From Chloroflexota bacterium (lineage in GTDB: Bacteria > Chloroflexota > Dehalococcoidia > Lucifugimonadales > UBA3495), in NCBI GenBank assembly GCA_027623675.1, contig JAQBVF010000003.1:64001-128000 (forward strand): 64,000 nt of DNA. The letters are read 5' to 3'. A program made the position numbers and the translations under genes. Every line of letters starts with the position of its first letter. Position 1 is the first letter of the stretch. Shown here one piece after another: positions 40,422 to 50,116 of this stretch. The notes beneath the pieces are model-generated. The model did not search any database. It saw nothing but the letters and a program-made list of their open reading frames with translations, and was not told the origin of the DNA.

Positions 40422-41228
40422 ATGGGCGAAGCTAGAATCAGGCAGATGTTTGATAAAGTCCGGGAGCAGAAGCGTCCCGGATTGATCGTGTTTCTGACCG
40501 CTGGGTTTCCCGACATGAAAGCCACGCTGGAACTGGTGCCGGCCCTGGTTGCGGCGGGGGCCGACATGGTTGAGTTGGGCGTGCCCTTCAGCGACCCCCT
40601 GGCGGAGGGGCCGGTTATCCAGGAGTCCAGCTTCCTGGCCCTGCAGAACGGCACCAGCCTGGAAGACTGCCTGAACGCCGTTGAAACCCTGCGCGATAAG
40701 GTCCCGGAAACGCCGTTGGTCTTGATGGGCTACTACAACCCCATCCACACCTACGGGCTGGTCCCGTTCACGGAGCGCTGCCGGCAGGTTGGCGTGGACG
40801 GGCTGATCGCCGTGGACCTGCCCGGATTCGAATCGGGCCCGCTGATATCGGAGTGCCAGACACGTGACATATCGGTGATACCGCTGCTGGCGCCCACCAG
40901 CACCGATCGGAGCATCAAAGAAGCCTGTGCCGGCGCCAGCGGGTTCATTTACTGCATCAGCGTCACCGGAGTGACCGGCGCCCGCGACCAGGTGTCCGCC
41001 CGCGGCTTCGACCTGCTCGATCGGGTGAAGGCCCACACCGATCTTCCCCTGGCCGTGGGGTTCGGCATCTCGAACCGTGGCCATGTGGAAGAGGTGGGCA
41101 AGACAGCCGAAGCCGCCGTGGTGGGCAGCGCCATGATTCGGGTGATGCTGGACTCGCCCAGAGATGAACTGGTGGAGCGGACCACCCGGTTCGTTGCCGG
41201 GCTGGCAGGGGTCTCGCTTCCCGCTTAA
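40422..41228 (+). CDS. trpA: Tryptophan synthase alpha chain
   Basis: ELGVPFSDPLAEGPVIQ, LMGYYNP, GVTGAR, VGFGIS. Confidence 0.96.
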   Translation: MGEARIRQMFDKVREQKRPGLIVFLTAGFPDMKATLELVPALVAAGADMVELGVPFSDPLAEGPVIQESSFLALQNGTSLEDCLNAVETLRDKVPETPLVLMGYYNPIHTYGLVPFTERCRQVGVDGLIAVDLPGFESGPLISECQTRDISVIPLLAPTSTDRSIKEACAGASGFIYCISVTGVTGARDQVSARGFDLLDRVKAHTDLPLAVGFGISNRGHVEEVGKTAEAAVVGSAMIRVMLDSPRDELVERTTRFVAGLAGVSLPA

Positions 41229-41346
41229 AAGAACAAATCAGAAGAGCCACGTCTTTTGCTGAATCTCGATAGAGATTCGGGAGAGATTCGGGCGTTCGAC
41301 TGCCGGGAGACTCCCGGACCTCAGATTTTTAGGAGAATCTCATTCC

Positions 41347-41700
41347 ATGACAGCTTGCCGCGGAATAAGGGGCGCGACAACCGCCGACGCCAATACCGAG
41401 GAAGCCATACACAGGGCCACCACCGAACTGGTGCAGGAGCTGATCGACGTAAACGATTTGGAAGAGGACTCTCTGGCCGCGGTCTTCTTCACCATGACCC
41501 CAGACCTGGACGCCGGTTTCCCGGCCACCGCCGCCCGCAAGTTGGCCTGGGCCAACGCTCCGCTGATGGATATGACACAAGTGGTCGTGAAGGGCAGCTT
41601 GCCCCGTTGTATCAGGATACTTATACTGGTGAACACGGATAAACCGTCGAAAGACTTGGTGTACGTATACCAACGCGGGGCCAAGGACTTGCGCGCGTAG
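41347..41700 (+). CDS. aroH: Chorismate mutase, AroH class
   Basis: RGIRGATT, FPATAAR, LPRCIR, VY..GA..LR. Confidence 0.93.
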   Translation: MTACRGIRGATTADANTEEAIHRATTELVQELIDVNDLEEDSLAAVFFTMTPDLDAGFPATAARKLAWANAPLMDMTQVVVKGSLPRCIRILILVNTDKPSKDLVYVYQRGAKDLRA

Positions 41701-41924
41701 CGGACCGGGCTATTTTGAGGCTACATGGCGCTGGACCGGCGGGTTTAGCGGGTTAATCAAAGCTAAAACAAACGAGTGGATGGGCCGCGGCGGGCGAGGC
41801 CGCAGGCTTCTGTGGGGAGTGTGGCATTCCGTTTCGGGTCCGTTGGTGCCCTAGATGAAACGGGAAACGATCGGACCCAATACCAATCGGCCATAAGGCC
41901 ATGTACCAAAAGGTGAGTTCTAAG

Positions 41925-42947
41925 ATGATTGTCGTAATGGCGCGGGACACCTCCCCCGATGACTTGGAGAACATACGGGAGCGGATCGAAGCCCGTGGAA
42001 TGAAAGCACAGATCAACCTGGGTATCGAACGGACGGTTGTCGGCGTAGTTGGGTCCATTCCCCCCGACTTCAAAGACGAGATGGAGCTGATGGCCGGGGT
42101 TGCCGAGGTCGTAATGATCTCCAAACCCTATAAGTTGGCCAGCAAAGAATTCCATCCCGACGACACGATAATCACCGTGGGTGACGCTGTGATCGGCGGA
42201 CCGAAGCCCGTGATCATGGCCGGCCCCTGCTCGGTTGAGGACGAAGAGCAGATGGTCTCCACCGCCAAGGCCGTTAAGGCCGCCGGCGCCACGGTGCTGC
42301 GGGGCGGCGCCTTCAAGCCGAGGACCTCTCCCTACAGCTTCCGCGGCATGGGCGAAGACGGGCTGAAACTGCTTCAGTTAGCCAAGGAAGAAACCGGGCT
42401 GCCCATCATCACCGAGGTCATGTCCACTGCCGATGTTGAGACGGTGGCCAAATATGCCGACATCCTCCAGATCGGCGCGCGCAACATGCAGAACTACAGC
42501 CTCCTGGACGAGGTCGGCGTCGTCGGGAAGCCAGTCATGGTTAAGCGGGGCTTGGCTGCCTCATACGAAGAATGGTTGCTGGCCGCCGAATACGTGATGG
42601 CCGGCGGCAACGAGCAGGTGATTCTCTGCGAACGGGGCATCCGCGGCTTCGAAACCTTCACTCGGTTCACTCTGGACGTGGCTGCCGTGCCCGTGATCAA
42701 ACGGCTCAGCCACCTTCCCATCGTGGCCGATCCCAGCCATAGCACCGGCAAGTGGTACCTGGTAACTCCCGTGGCGCTGGCTTCCATTGCCGCCGGAGCC
42801 CACGGTCTGCTGATCGAGGTCCACCCCAACCCGGACATCGCCAAGTGCGACGGGCCCCAGTCGCTCACCTTCGAGAACTTTGACATGCTGATGGAGCAGG
42901 TCAACGCGGTCGCTTCGGTGATGAAACAGCCGGTGGTCGCTAGCTAG
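41925..42947 (+). CDS. aroF: DAHP synthase type I-beta with N-terminal regulatory domain
   Basis: AGPCSVE, RGGAFKPRTSPYSF, QIGARNMQN, DPSH. Confidence 0.95.
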   Translation: MIVVMARDTSPDDLENIRERIEARGMKAQINLGIERTVVGVVGSIPPDFKDEMELMAGVAEVVMISKPYKLASKEFHPDDTIITVGDAVIGGPKPVIMAGPCSVEDEEQMVSTAKAVKAAGATVLRGGAFKPRTSPYSFRGMGEDGLKLLQLAKEETGLPIITEVMSTADVETVAKYADILQIGARNMQNYSLLDEVGVVGKPVMVKRGLAASYEEWLLAAEYVMAGGNEQVILCERGIRGFETFTRFTLDVAAVPVIKRLSHLPIVADPSHSTGKWYLVTPVALASIAAGAHGLLIEVHPNPDIAKCDGPQSLTFENFDMLMEQVNAVASVMKQPVVAS

Positions 42948-42983
42948 CACGGCGATTCTAACGAAGGGCCCGGTTTACAGACC

Positions 42984-43012
42984 AAAGGGAGGGCGATCGC
43001 CCTCCCTTTTTT
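42984..43012 (+). terminator. Intrinsic terminator
   Basis: GGGAGGGCG/CGCCCTCCC followed by TTTTTT. Confidence 0.8.
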
Positions 43013-43262
43013 GTTACCCGAAAAATGACCGTCGGCCTAGTCTGTCGAGGCCGGACCGCACCGTACCAAGCTGTACCGGCGCCTTGAATTATTCCTTGCG
43101 CAAATAATGATAATATCAATGGATAAGTATTGACAGACACGATATAATACTTCAACGCAATAATTATTAACATTTCGAATGCAACCCGGCGAACAGAATC
43201 CCCAACGTGGCAACTATTAGCATGGCGGACCGACTCATGGATAGTAGATTGGGAGGACTTGC

Positions 43263-43907
43263 ATGACCGCGGAGATCACCACACTCGAGCATCCCATCGA
43301 TGCGATGTTTCTGATTCACAAGGCCCTGCGCGGCGAGGCCAACCGCACCGTGGAGCAGGCCAAATGCCTTGAAACTGGGTGCAGTCTACAGCCCTTCAAG
43401 TTGGCGTTCACCGCCTGGGCAACCGCCATCATGTACCACGCCGAGAAGGAAGTCGGCGCCGGGATGTCCGAATCGATGGACCGGTCCCGCTGCAAGACGG
43501 CCCATGACCCCATCGAACGGGTCAAGTGGGCCCTCCTAGAGAAAGAAGACGAAGAATACTCCAGACTGCTCGAAGGCGTGATGGACGTCATGACTGTTCT
43601 GGAAACCGATATCGGCGCCACCAGCGTTATCACCCGCACCAAGCAGCATCTCTACGGCCAGGTACTCGCCCTGCGGGTCGCTCAGGACGACCACCTGGAG
43701 ACCGAAGAAGCCATGATCCTTCCCCTGTTGCGCGATAACCTCACCCCAGAGAACCAGATGAAGGTCGTGGGCGCGTTGCTTATCGACAACGAAGCCGACG
43801 ACAGGCTTTGGGTGATTAACTGGATGTCCCAAGACCTCACTCCCGGCGAGAACGAACTTCTAAAGGCTCTCGAGTCCCGCATCCACCAAGCCCATTCCAT
43901 GGTCTAA
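43263..43907 (+). CDS. Hemerythrin-like domain protein
   Basis: HKALR, HAEKE, HLETEE (H...HxxxE...HxxxEE pattern). Confidence 0.75.
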   Translation: MTAEITTLEHPIDAMFLIHKALRGEANRTVEQAKCLETGCSLQPFKLAFTAWATAIMYHAEKEVGAGMSESMDRSRCKTAHDPIERVKWALLEKEDEEYSRLLEGVMDVMTVLETDIGATSVITRTKQHLYGQVLALRVAQDDHLETEEAMILPLLRDNLTPENQMKVVGALLIDNEADDRLWVINWMSQDLTPGENELLKALESRIHQAHSMV

Positions 43908-43956
43908 CACTGCGCAGAACCAGACTGTTTCCCGCACTTAATATCTAGGTGAGGCG

Positions 43957-44688
43957 ATGTCTAAAGAAAACTTTACGCCCTTAGAACACCCCATCGACGT
44001 GATGCCGTTGATGCACAAGGCATTCCGGGCGGTGACCGGCCGGACCGAGGCGCAGGCCGCCGAAGCCACAACTGTTGAGGATATTGCCCAGTTGAACGAG
44101 GCGTTCGGGTTCTGGGTGGAGCAGATCCGCTACCACGCGGCCGTGGAAGATGAACTTATGACCGGGCCGCTGAAGGGCGACGGGCCCGTCAGGGAATGCG
44201 TCCGAGACAACGAGGACGAGCACGCGGTGCTAGCCGGAAAAGCCGGCGAGTTGGCCCGATTTATCGCCATGGGTAATTCCGCCGGTGTGAAAGAGAGCGT
44301 TCGGGCGGCGGCGTTCACTCTGGAAGAAGAACAACACAAAGAACTGGAGGACCGTTTCCACGAGGTTGAAGACGCCCTCTGCAAGGTCCTGGGCGATAAG
44401 AAAGTAACCGCCCGCACCATCCGTCACATCCACAGCCGTGTTATGCGCGTCCGCATCCTGGAGTTGGACCACTTCGAGAACGAGGAAGCCTTCGTGTGTC
44501 CCCTGGTGCGCGACGAGATCGATGAAGCCGGCCAGCTCTACATCGTCCGCCGGTTGCTAATCGACGACTCGGCGAAAGACCCTCGCTGGGTCATCGACTG
44601 GGTGCACTCCGAATTGGACGAAGCCGACCAAGCCCTGCTAGAAGACCTGGAGGCCCGCTTCCAAGCGGCTGTCGTTCAGCCCGCGTAA
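43957..44688 (+). CDS. Hemerythrin-like domain protein, tandem paralog
   Basis: HKAFR, HAAVED, DEH, HFENEE; shares LEHPID start and LLID...WVI.W end with the upstream gene. Confidence 0.78.
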   Translation: MSKENFTPLEHPIDVMPLMHKAFRAVTGRTEAQAAEATTVEDIAQLNEAFGFWVEQIRYHAAVEDELMTGPLKGDGPVRECVRDNEDEHAVLAGKAGELARFIAMGNSAGVKESVRAAAFTLEEEQHKELEDRFHEVEDALCKVLGDKKVTARTIRHIHSRVMRVRILELDHFENEEAFVCPLVRDEIDEAGQLYIVRRLLIDDSAKDPRWVIDWVHSELDEADQALLEDLEARFQAAVVQPA

Positions 44689-44716
44689 GGCGACTCCGCC
44701 AGACTGAAGACTAAAC

Positions 44717-45044
44717 ATGAGTCACCCCAGAGATTCGTCATGGGCAGCGCGCTACCGGGCAGATGCCGTCATTGCGACTTTCGCCGAAATGGCGGCCGTG
44801 CGGAGCAACCACACTAGTCGCCTGGCATTCTGATCCTTCCGCAGAAGGAGAAGAATCTCTTTGCTTGACTTCAAGGTTGCTATCGTTCCGCGGAACCGGT
44901 AGTTGGTCTCCCATCAGCCACGAGATTCCTCGCTTCGCTCGGAATGACCAAGGCGCTTGGAATGACCAAGGCGCTTGGAATGACCAAGACGGGCGGAATG
45001 ACCAAGGCGGCGGCATCCACTCAGGAAACTCCGCGATGACTCAT
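44717..45044 (+). mobile_element. REPIN/MITE-like element, copy 2 (longest)
   Basis: ATGAGTCACCCCAGAGATT / AAACTCCGCGATGACTCAT ends; four 18-bp GGAATGAC units at 44941-45012. Confidence 0.8.
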
Positions 45045-45072
45045 TTTAATTGTCTTCTGAAAAATCCTGGCG

Positions 45073-46155
45073 TTAGACCAGCACCGGCTCCGTATTCTTG
45101 ACGTAAATCTGGAAGCGGTGGCGGGTGGTGTCGGCGATGATCACCCGGTTGTTCCGGCCCATCCTCACGGCGCACGGCGCCCAGAGCACCCTCTCCGGAG
45201 TGAAGTTGCGGATGCCGTTGCGCTGCCGGATCATGTCGGGGTTGGACTTGAGCTTGGCGATGCCCATGTTGGACAGATGGCCGTCTCCCGTGAACTCGGT
45301 TATGAACCGGCCTTCCGGGGTCAGCACCTGCACCCGGTTGTTGAGCCAATCGGCAATGTAGATGTCGCCGTCCTGGTCCACACAGACGCCCGTAGGACGG
45401 TTGAACTGTCCCACCGGCGCATCGGTGTGGGTGATGCCGCCCTTCACCCGGGCGTTGGTGCAGTCGCCGCCGGTGCCAGGCTGCCCGGCTGCGCCCGGCT
45501 GTCCGAAAGTCGCCAGCCACTTGCCGTCCGGGGTGAACGACTGGACCCGGTCATTGCGCCAGTCGGCCACGAACACGTTGCCGTCTTTGTCCAGGCAGAT
45601 GCCCCAAGGCAGGTTCAACTGGCCCTTCTCGGAGCCCGCCGAACCGAATTGCCCCAGATAATTTCCGTCCAGGTCAAACTTTTGCACCCGGTTGTTGCGG
45701 CTGTCCACGATGTACATGGTCTGGTCTTGGCTGATGGCGATCCCGGAGGGACGGTTAAGCTCGCCGTCGCCGGAGCCTTCGACACCCCAGTGGGAGATGT
45801 ACTCGCCGTCTTGGTCGTACTTGGTAACCCGGTTCAGCCATTCGTCGGTGACGTAGACATTGGTGTCTTGGTCCAGGGCGATACCCACAGGCCAGATGAA
45901 TTGGCCTTTGCCTTCACCGTAGGACCCGAAGGTGGAGATGTACTCTTCTCCCGTCTTGGCATCCAGCCGGAACACTGTCAGGCGGGTGCCGTCGGGCCGG
46001 TCTTCCCGTCCCCGGTTCACGATGTAGGCGATGTCGTCGGAGGTTATGGCAAAGTCGATCGGGTAACGCACGCCGGCGCCGTTATGCTCCGCCCTGGCCG
46101 CGGTGGATTCGTAGGTGAATGTCCGGTCGTTGATGCCAAGAAATACACTAGCCAT
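45073..46155 (-). CDS. NHL-repeat six-bladed beta-propeller protein
   Basis: Repeated GQF..P.GI..D..G.VYV.D..N.RVQ.F units. Confidence 0.9.
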   Translation of the reverse strand: MASVFLGINDRTFTYESTAARAEHNGAGVRYPIDFAITSDDIAYIVNRGREDRPDGTRLTVFRLDAKTGEEYISTFGSYGEGKGQFIWPVGIALDQDTNVYVTDEWLNRVTKYDQDGEYISHWGVEGSGDGELNRPSGIAISQDQTMYIVDSRNNRVQKFDLDGNYLGQFGSAGSEKGQLNLPWGICLDKDGNVFVADWRNDRVQSFTPDGKWLATFGQPGAAGQPGTGGDCTNARVKGGITHTDAPVGQFNRPTGVCVDQDGDIYIADWLNNRVQVLTPEGRFITEFTGDGHLSNMGIAKLKSNPDMIRQRNGIRNFTPERVLWAPCAVRMGRNNRVIIADTTRHRFQIYVKNTEPVLV

Positions 46156-46428
46156 CTACGGTCTCCTTTGCCCATGACCCTGGGCTCTGGGAATAGTGAG
46201 AGAAGTATAAAGCGCGCGGGAGGGCGCCGCGTAGTCCTTCAACTTGCCGTATATCTGCAACCGACGGTGTTGAGCGTCGGTCCCCATCAGACGCCCTGGT
46301 TGGCGGTATCGTACACCAATCCGGCCGGCGGTGAGAACCTGTGTTCAACGTGGCCCCCTCATGGCATCCGAAGTACCACTCCAACCTCCTGTAATAGTTG
46401 CGGGTGACGGCGGATATTGCCCACCCGG

Positions 46429-47211
46429 TTAAAGCCCCGCGTCCGCGGCCGATTTACGCATGGCCTCCAGGTAAACGTTACTCGAGGATTGGATCAGCGT
46501 CTGGACCGTGCCGTGGAAGTACTGGACGCCCAGGCCCATGAACTTGGGCACCAGGTTGTCTGGGCAGCTCACACCGGCGATCTTTCCCGCCTCCCGGATG
46601 ATCTTAACCCCTCGCTCCATCACTTCCTGGACCTCGGGGTGGGTCTGCTGTCCCACGTAACCCATCGACTGGGACAGGTCGCCGGAGCCGATGAAGAAAA
46701 CGTCCACGCCTTCGACCTCGACCATCTCCTCCAGGTTCTCGATGGCCTCTACCTCCTCCAGCATCAGGCAGACCAGGGTGTTTTCATTGGCCTCCGCCGC
46801 GTAGTCCCCGGTGGAGCCGGAAAAGCCGAACCCGGCGGGGCGGCTTCGGCTGAAGATGCCCCGGTTTCCCTGAGGGTAGTACTTGACGGCTTCAACGGCG
46901 TTCTGGGCTTCTTCGGCCGTGTTCACGTGGGGAACCTGCACTCCCCAGGCGCCCCGGTCGAGAAAGGGGCAGATGAATTCCAACTCGTTCCCGATGGGAC
47001 GCACAATGGGCGCCATGCCGGTAAGCTCTGCCGCCCGAATCATGTTTTCTGCGTTTTCCACCGTTACATCACCGTGCTCGTTGTCGAGGAGTATCCAGTC
47101 ATACCCGAGGCTGCCCAGCATCTCGACCATCGTGGCAGAGGGAAAGGTGAGCATGGTCCCAAACACTGCCTTTCCTTCATAAAGTTTCTTTTTCAGGGTA
47201 TTTTGCCGCAT
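46429..47211 (-). CDS. HpcH/HpaI aldolase family protein
   Basis: GYDWILLDNEHG, LDRGA.GV.VPHV, FIGSGDLS. Confidence 0.9.
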   Translation of the reverse strand: MRQNTLKKKLYEGKAVFGTMLTFPSATMVEMLGSLGYDWILLDNEHGDVTVENAENMIRAAELTGMAPIVRPIGNELEFICPFLDRGAWGVQVPHVNTAEEAQNAVEAVKYYPQGNRGIFSRSRPAGFGFSGSTGDYAAEANENTLVCLMLEEVEAIENLEEMVEVEGVDVFFIGSGDLSQSMGYVGQQTHPEVQEVMERGVKIIREAGKIAGVSCPDNLVPKFMGLGVQYFHGTVQTLIQSSSNVYLEAMRKSAADAGL

Positions 47212-47463
47212 CGAAAATCTCCTTTCGGTCTCGGATTCCAGTTGCGCCTGGATGTGACTGGAGTATACTACGCGGCACAACGCCGGGCGTCTGGCTGGTC
47301 CAAGTCGGAAATGGACCGCATTTCGGCCCGTGAAATCGGTTGATTGCGCCCCTCACCAGGCGTCGTTATAATGATGATTATACTGATTGATGATAATCTA
47401 AAAGAGTCACGGCGGCGCTTGCAAGAGTCTCGATTTCGCCCATTCTGATATTGGGAGTGCATC

Positions 47464-48045
47464 ATGTTTCCAGAAGTTACACTGGTACCGCCCACACGTG
47501 AGGATGTCCACCGGCTGAGCGGTTGGCTCAAAGACTCAGATGTGAGCGACGTGTGGTTCGGCGTTGGCAAGAACGGCAAGCCGTTGCACGCCACCTACAA
47601 TCCGGATGACGTGCTTGCGGGCGGTCCCGAAGACTGGAACCAAGTCTTCAACGATGACAACAAGTCCATATTCTCGGTCTACGACGGCCATGGCCAACAC
47701 ATCGGGGAAGGGCAGTTGTTGATCGAATGGCCGCTGTTGGAGGCCCAAGCCCACCTCCTGATCGGCTGCAAAGACATGTGGCATAACCACTATGGGACCA
47801 GCGCTCTCATCGGGCTGCTGGACCACGCTTTCGGTCCGCTGGGTCTCCACCGCGTCTGGGTCGCTGTCCCCGAATACAACGAACCGGGCATGACTATGGT
47901 AAAACACCTGGGGTTCGTGCTGGAGGGGCGCCTGCGGAAGACCCATCCCAAGAACGATGAGTGGTACGATTCTTCCATCCTGGGTCTGCTGGCTGAAGAA
48001 TACCCCAGACGCCGAGCCAGGTTGACGGAAACGACGGTCGGCTAG
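47464..48045 (+). CDS. GNAT N-acetyltransferase (RimJ/RimL-like)
   Basis: LGLHRVW...N...GFVLEGRLR. Confidence 0.85.
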   Translation: MFPEVTLVPPTREDVHRLSGWLKDSDVSDVWFGVGKNGKPLHATYNPDDVLAGGPEDWNQVFNDDNKSIFSVYDGHGQHIGEGQLLIEWPLLEAQAHLLIGCKDMWHNHYGTSALIGLLDHAFGPLGLHRVWVAVPEYNEPGMTMVKHLGFVLEGRLRKTHPKNDEWYDSSILGLLAEEYPRRRARLTETTVG

Positions 48046-48140
48046 CACGGGTCCTTCATCGGTGGGTCGAGGCCGTGGCATGCTTGGCCCGCGTTGCTTG
48101 AAAGCAATCACACTACCCAGGAAATTCGGAGGTACCCGAA

Positions 48141-48836
48141 ATGCCTGTAATCACGATTAACGGCCCGATCGGCTGCGGATCAGTGACCATTGGTCAGATG
48201 GTGGCCGAGCAGATGGGACTGAGTTTCGTCGACCGCCTGGTGTTCACCGAAGCGTCGCGGATAATAGGCACTCCGGTGGGCACTCTCATCGCCAAGGAAC
48301 AGCGCGTTGACCGGTTCCGGGACCGCTTGGGCCGGTTCGTTCAGACCATGCTGGAGCGTTCGGCCATGTCCGGAGTTAGCGGCGAGCCATATTTTGGCCG
48401 GGGTATCGAAAACCTGCCTCCCGAGACGTATATGGACCTGACCGGTGAATCGGGAGTAGGCGGGAAGGTCGATGACAAGACGTTCATCGACGCCATGACC
48501 CAGGTTGTGACCGACATCCACAAAAAAGGCGACGCGGTCATCATCGGCCGCGGCGCCAACCAGATTCTGGCCGACGCCAGCCAAACGCTGCACGTTGGGC
48601 TGCTGGCTCCCCTGGAAGTGAGGGTCGAGACGCTGATGAGCCGGGAGCATTTCGAACGGGACGAGGCTGAGATTCACGTAATCGAGTTGGAACGTGCCAG
48701 AGAGGACTTTGTGAAAAAGTTCTGGAAGGTCCACCCCAACGACCCGCAGCATTACCACATGATTTTAAATATGGGCAAGATGAGCCCCAAAACAGCGGCG
48801 GAGGTCATCGTTCATGCTGCCGGTGATTTGCTTTAG
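48141..48836 (+). CDS. Cytidylate kinase-like family protein
   Basis: VITING.IGCG, VIIGRGAN.IL, DPQHYHMILN. Confidence 0.85.
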   Translation: MPVITINGPIGCGSVTIGQMVAEQMGLSFVDRLVFTEASRIIGTPVGTLIAKEQRVDRFRDRLGRFVQTMLERSAMSGVSGEPYFGRGIENLPPETYMDLTGESGVGGKVDDKTFIDAMTQVVTDIHKKGDAVIIGRGANQILADASQTLHVGLLAPLEVRVETLMSREHFERDEAEIHVIELERAREDFVKKFWKVHPNDPQHYHMILNMGKMSPKTAAEVIVHAAGDLL

Positions 48837-48869
48837 TGCCGGTGTTCCGTCCTAGGTTTGATCCGATAC

Positions 48870-48900
48870 AAAAGGGAACGGATATCTTCCGTTCCCTTTT
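48870..48900 (+). terminator. Intrinsic terminator
   Basis: AAAAGGGAACGGA/TCCGTTCCCTTTT. Confidence 0.75.
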
Positions 48901-48930
48901 GTTCATCATGGCCCAAGGCCCGGTCATAGA

Positions 48931-49740
48931 TTGATCCCCTATTCCGACGCCAGCATCCACCACCGGACATTTCCCGTCGTCAACACCGCTCTGATCGGGA
49001 TCTCGGTCCTCGTGTTCCTGATCGAGATCAGGTTGGGCGGATTTGGCACTCTGACGGGAAACGGCGGAATAAACCTGGATATCTTCTTTTTCAAATGGGG
49101 CTTCATCTCAAGTGAGTTGACGTCCGGAAAGGCATTTGATTCGCTGAATACCGGGTTCCAAGTGGTGAACATCGCGACGCCGGTTCCCACGGAGGCTACT
49201 ATCTTCACGTCCATGTTCATCCATGGCGGCGTGATGCACCTGGCCGGCAACATGATGTTTCTCTGGGTGTTCGGCGACAATCTGGAAGACCGCTTGGGTC
49301 ACGTGAAGTACCTGCTCTTCTATCTGCTGGTGGGAGTGGCCGCGACCCTGAGTCAATGGGCGATCGATACCGGATCCCAGGTCCCTTTGATCGGCGCCAG
49401 CGGCGCCATATCCGGCGTGTTGGGCGCCTACCTGATGATCTACCCGTTCAACCGGATCAAAGCATTAATCATCTTCTACCTGATCACCGTGGTGGAGATG
49501 CGGGCCATGTGGCTTCTGGGGGCCTGGTTCGCGTGGCAGCTGATCCAGGGTGGGTTGTCTTTGGGAATGGCGAACTCGGTCAGCGTGGCGTTCTTCGCCC
49601 ACATCGGCGGGTTTGCCGCGGGGGTGGTTCTGGCAGGGTTGTACAAGCTGGCAATTGGAGAGCCGTTGATCCCGGGCAGTTCATCCGGTGGGGGGTCTCC
49701 CTGGGACCACTGGTATCAAACAGGGCGCTCGAGAGACTGA
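48931..49740 (+). CDS. Rhomboid intramembrane serine protease
   Basis: HLAGNM, GASGA, AHIGGF. Confidence 0.92.
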   Translation: MIPYSDASIHHRTFPVVNTALIGISVLVFLIEIRLGGFGTLTGNGGINLDIFFFKWGFISSELTSGKAFDSLNTGFQVVNIATPVPTEATIFTSMFIHGGVMHLAGNMMFLWVFGDNLEDRLGHVKYLLFYLLVGVAATLSQWAIDTGSQVPLIGASGAISGVLGAYLMIYPFNRIKALIIFYLITVVEMRAMWLLGAWFAWQLIQGGLSLGMANSVSVAFFAHIGGFAAGVVLAGLYKLAIGEPLIPGSSSGGGSPWDHWYQTGRSRD

Positions 49741-49788
49741 CCGGCGCTACTAGGCCCGGTCCGTAATGGGTTGACCGGATCTAGAAAC

Positions 49789-50096
49789 ATGAGTCATCCC
49801 GGAGTTTGCTGAGTGGATGTCGCCGCCGTTGTCATTCCGGCCGCCTTGGTCATTCCGGCCGCTTTTGTCATTCCGATCGAAGAGAGGAATCCCGTAGCTG
49901 ATTGGAGACCAACTACCGGTCCCGCGGAACGATTGCAACCTTGAGTCAAGCAAAGAGATTCTGATCCTTCCGCGGAATGAGAAGAATGACAGGTAGCGAG
50001 TGTGGTTGCTCGGCACGACCGTCATTTCGGCGAAAGTCGAAATGACGGCATCTCCCCGGTAGCGTGCTGCCCGTTGATGAACTGTGGGATCACGTG
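49789..50096 (-). mobile_element. REPIN/MITE-like element, copy 3 (inverted)
   Basis: Reverse-complement homolog of copy 2; ATGAGTCATCCCGGAGTTT at 49789, other end degenerate; three GTCATTCC units from 49831. Confidence 0.8.
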
Positions 50097-50116
50097 CCCG
50101 GCTGCTGCCGCCCGAA

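Noticed and set aside
40402..40441. Duplication of TGGGCGAAGCTAG at the trpA start
   Set aside because: A simple local tandem duplication out of frame with trpA; no leader peptide or attenuator seen.
48141..48836. Degenerate P-loop as a sign of pseudogenisation
   Set aside because: Lack of the canonical GK(S/T) is normal in the cytidylate kinase-like family, and the ORF is intact.
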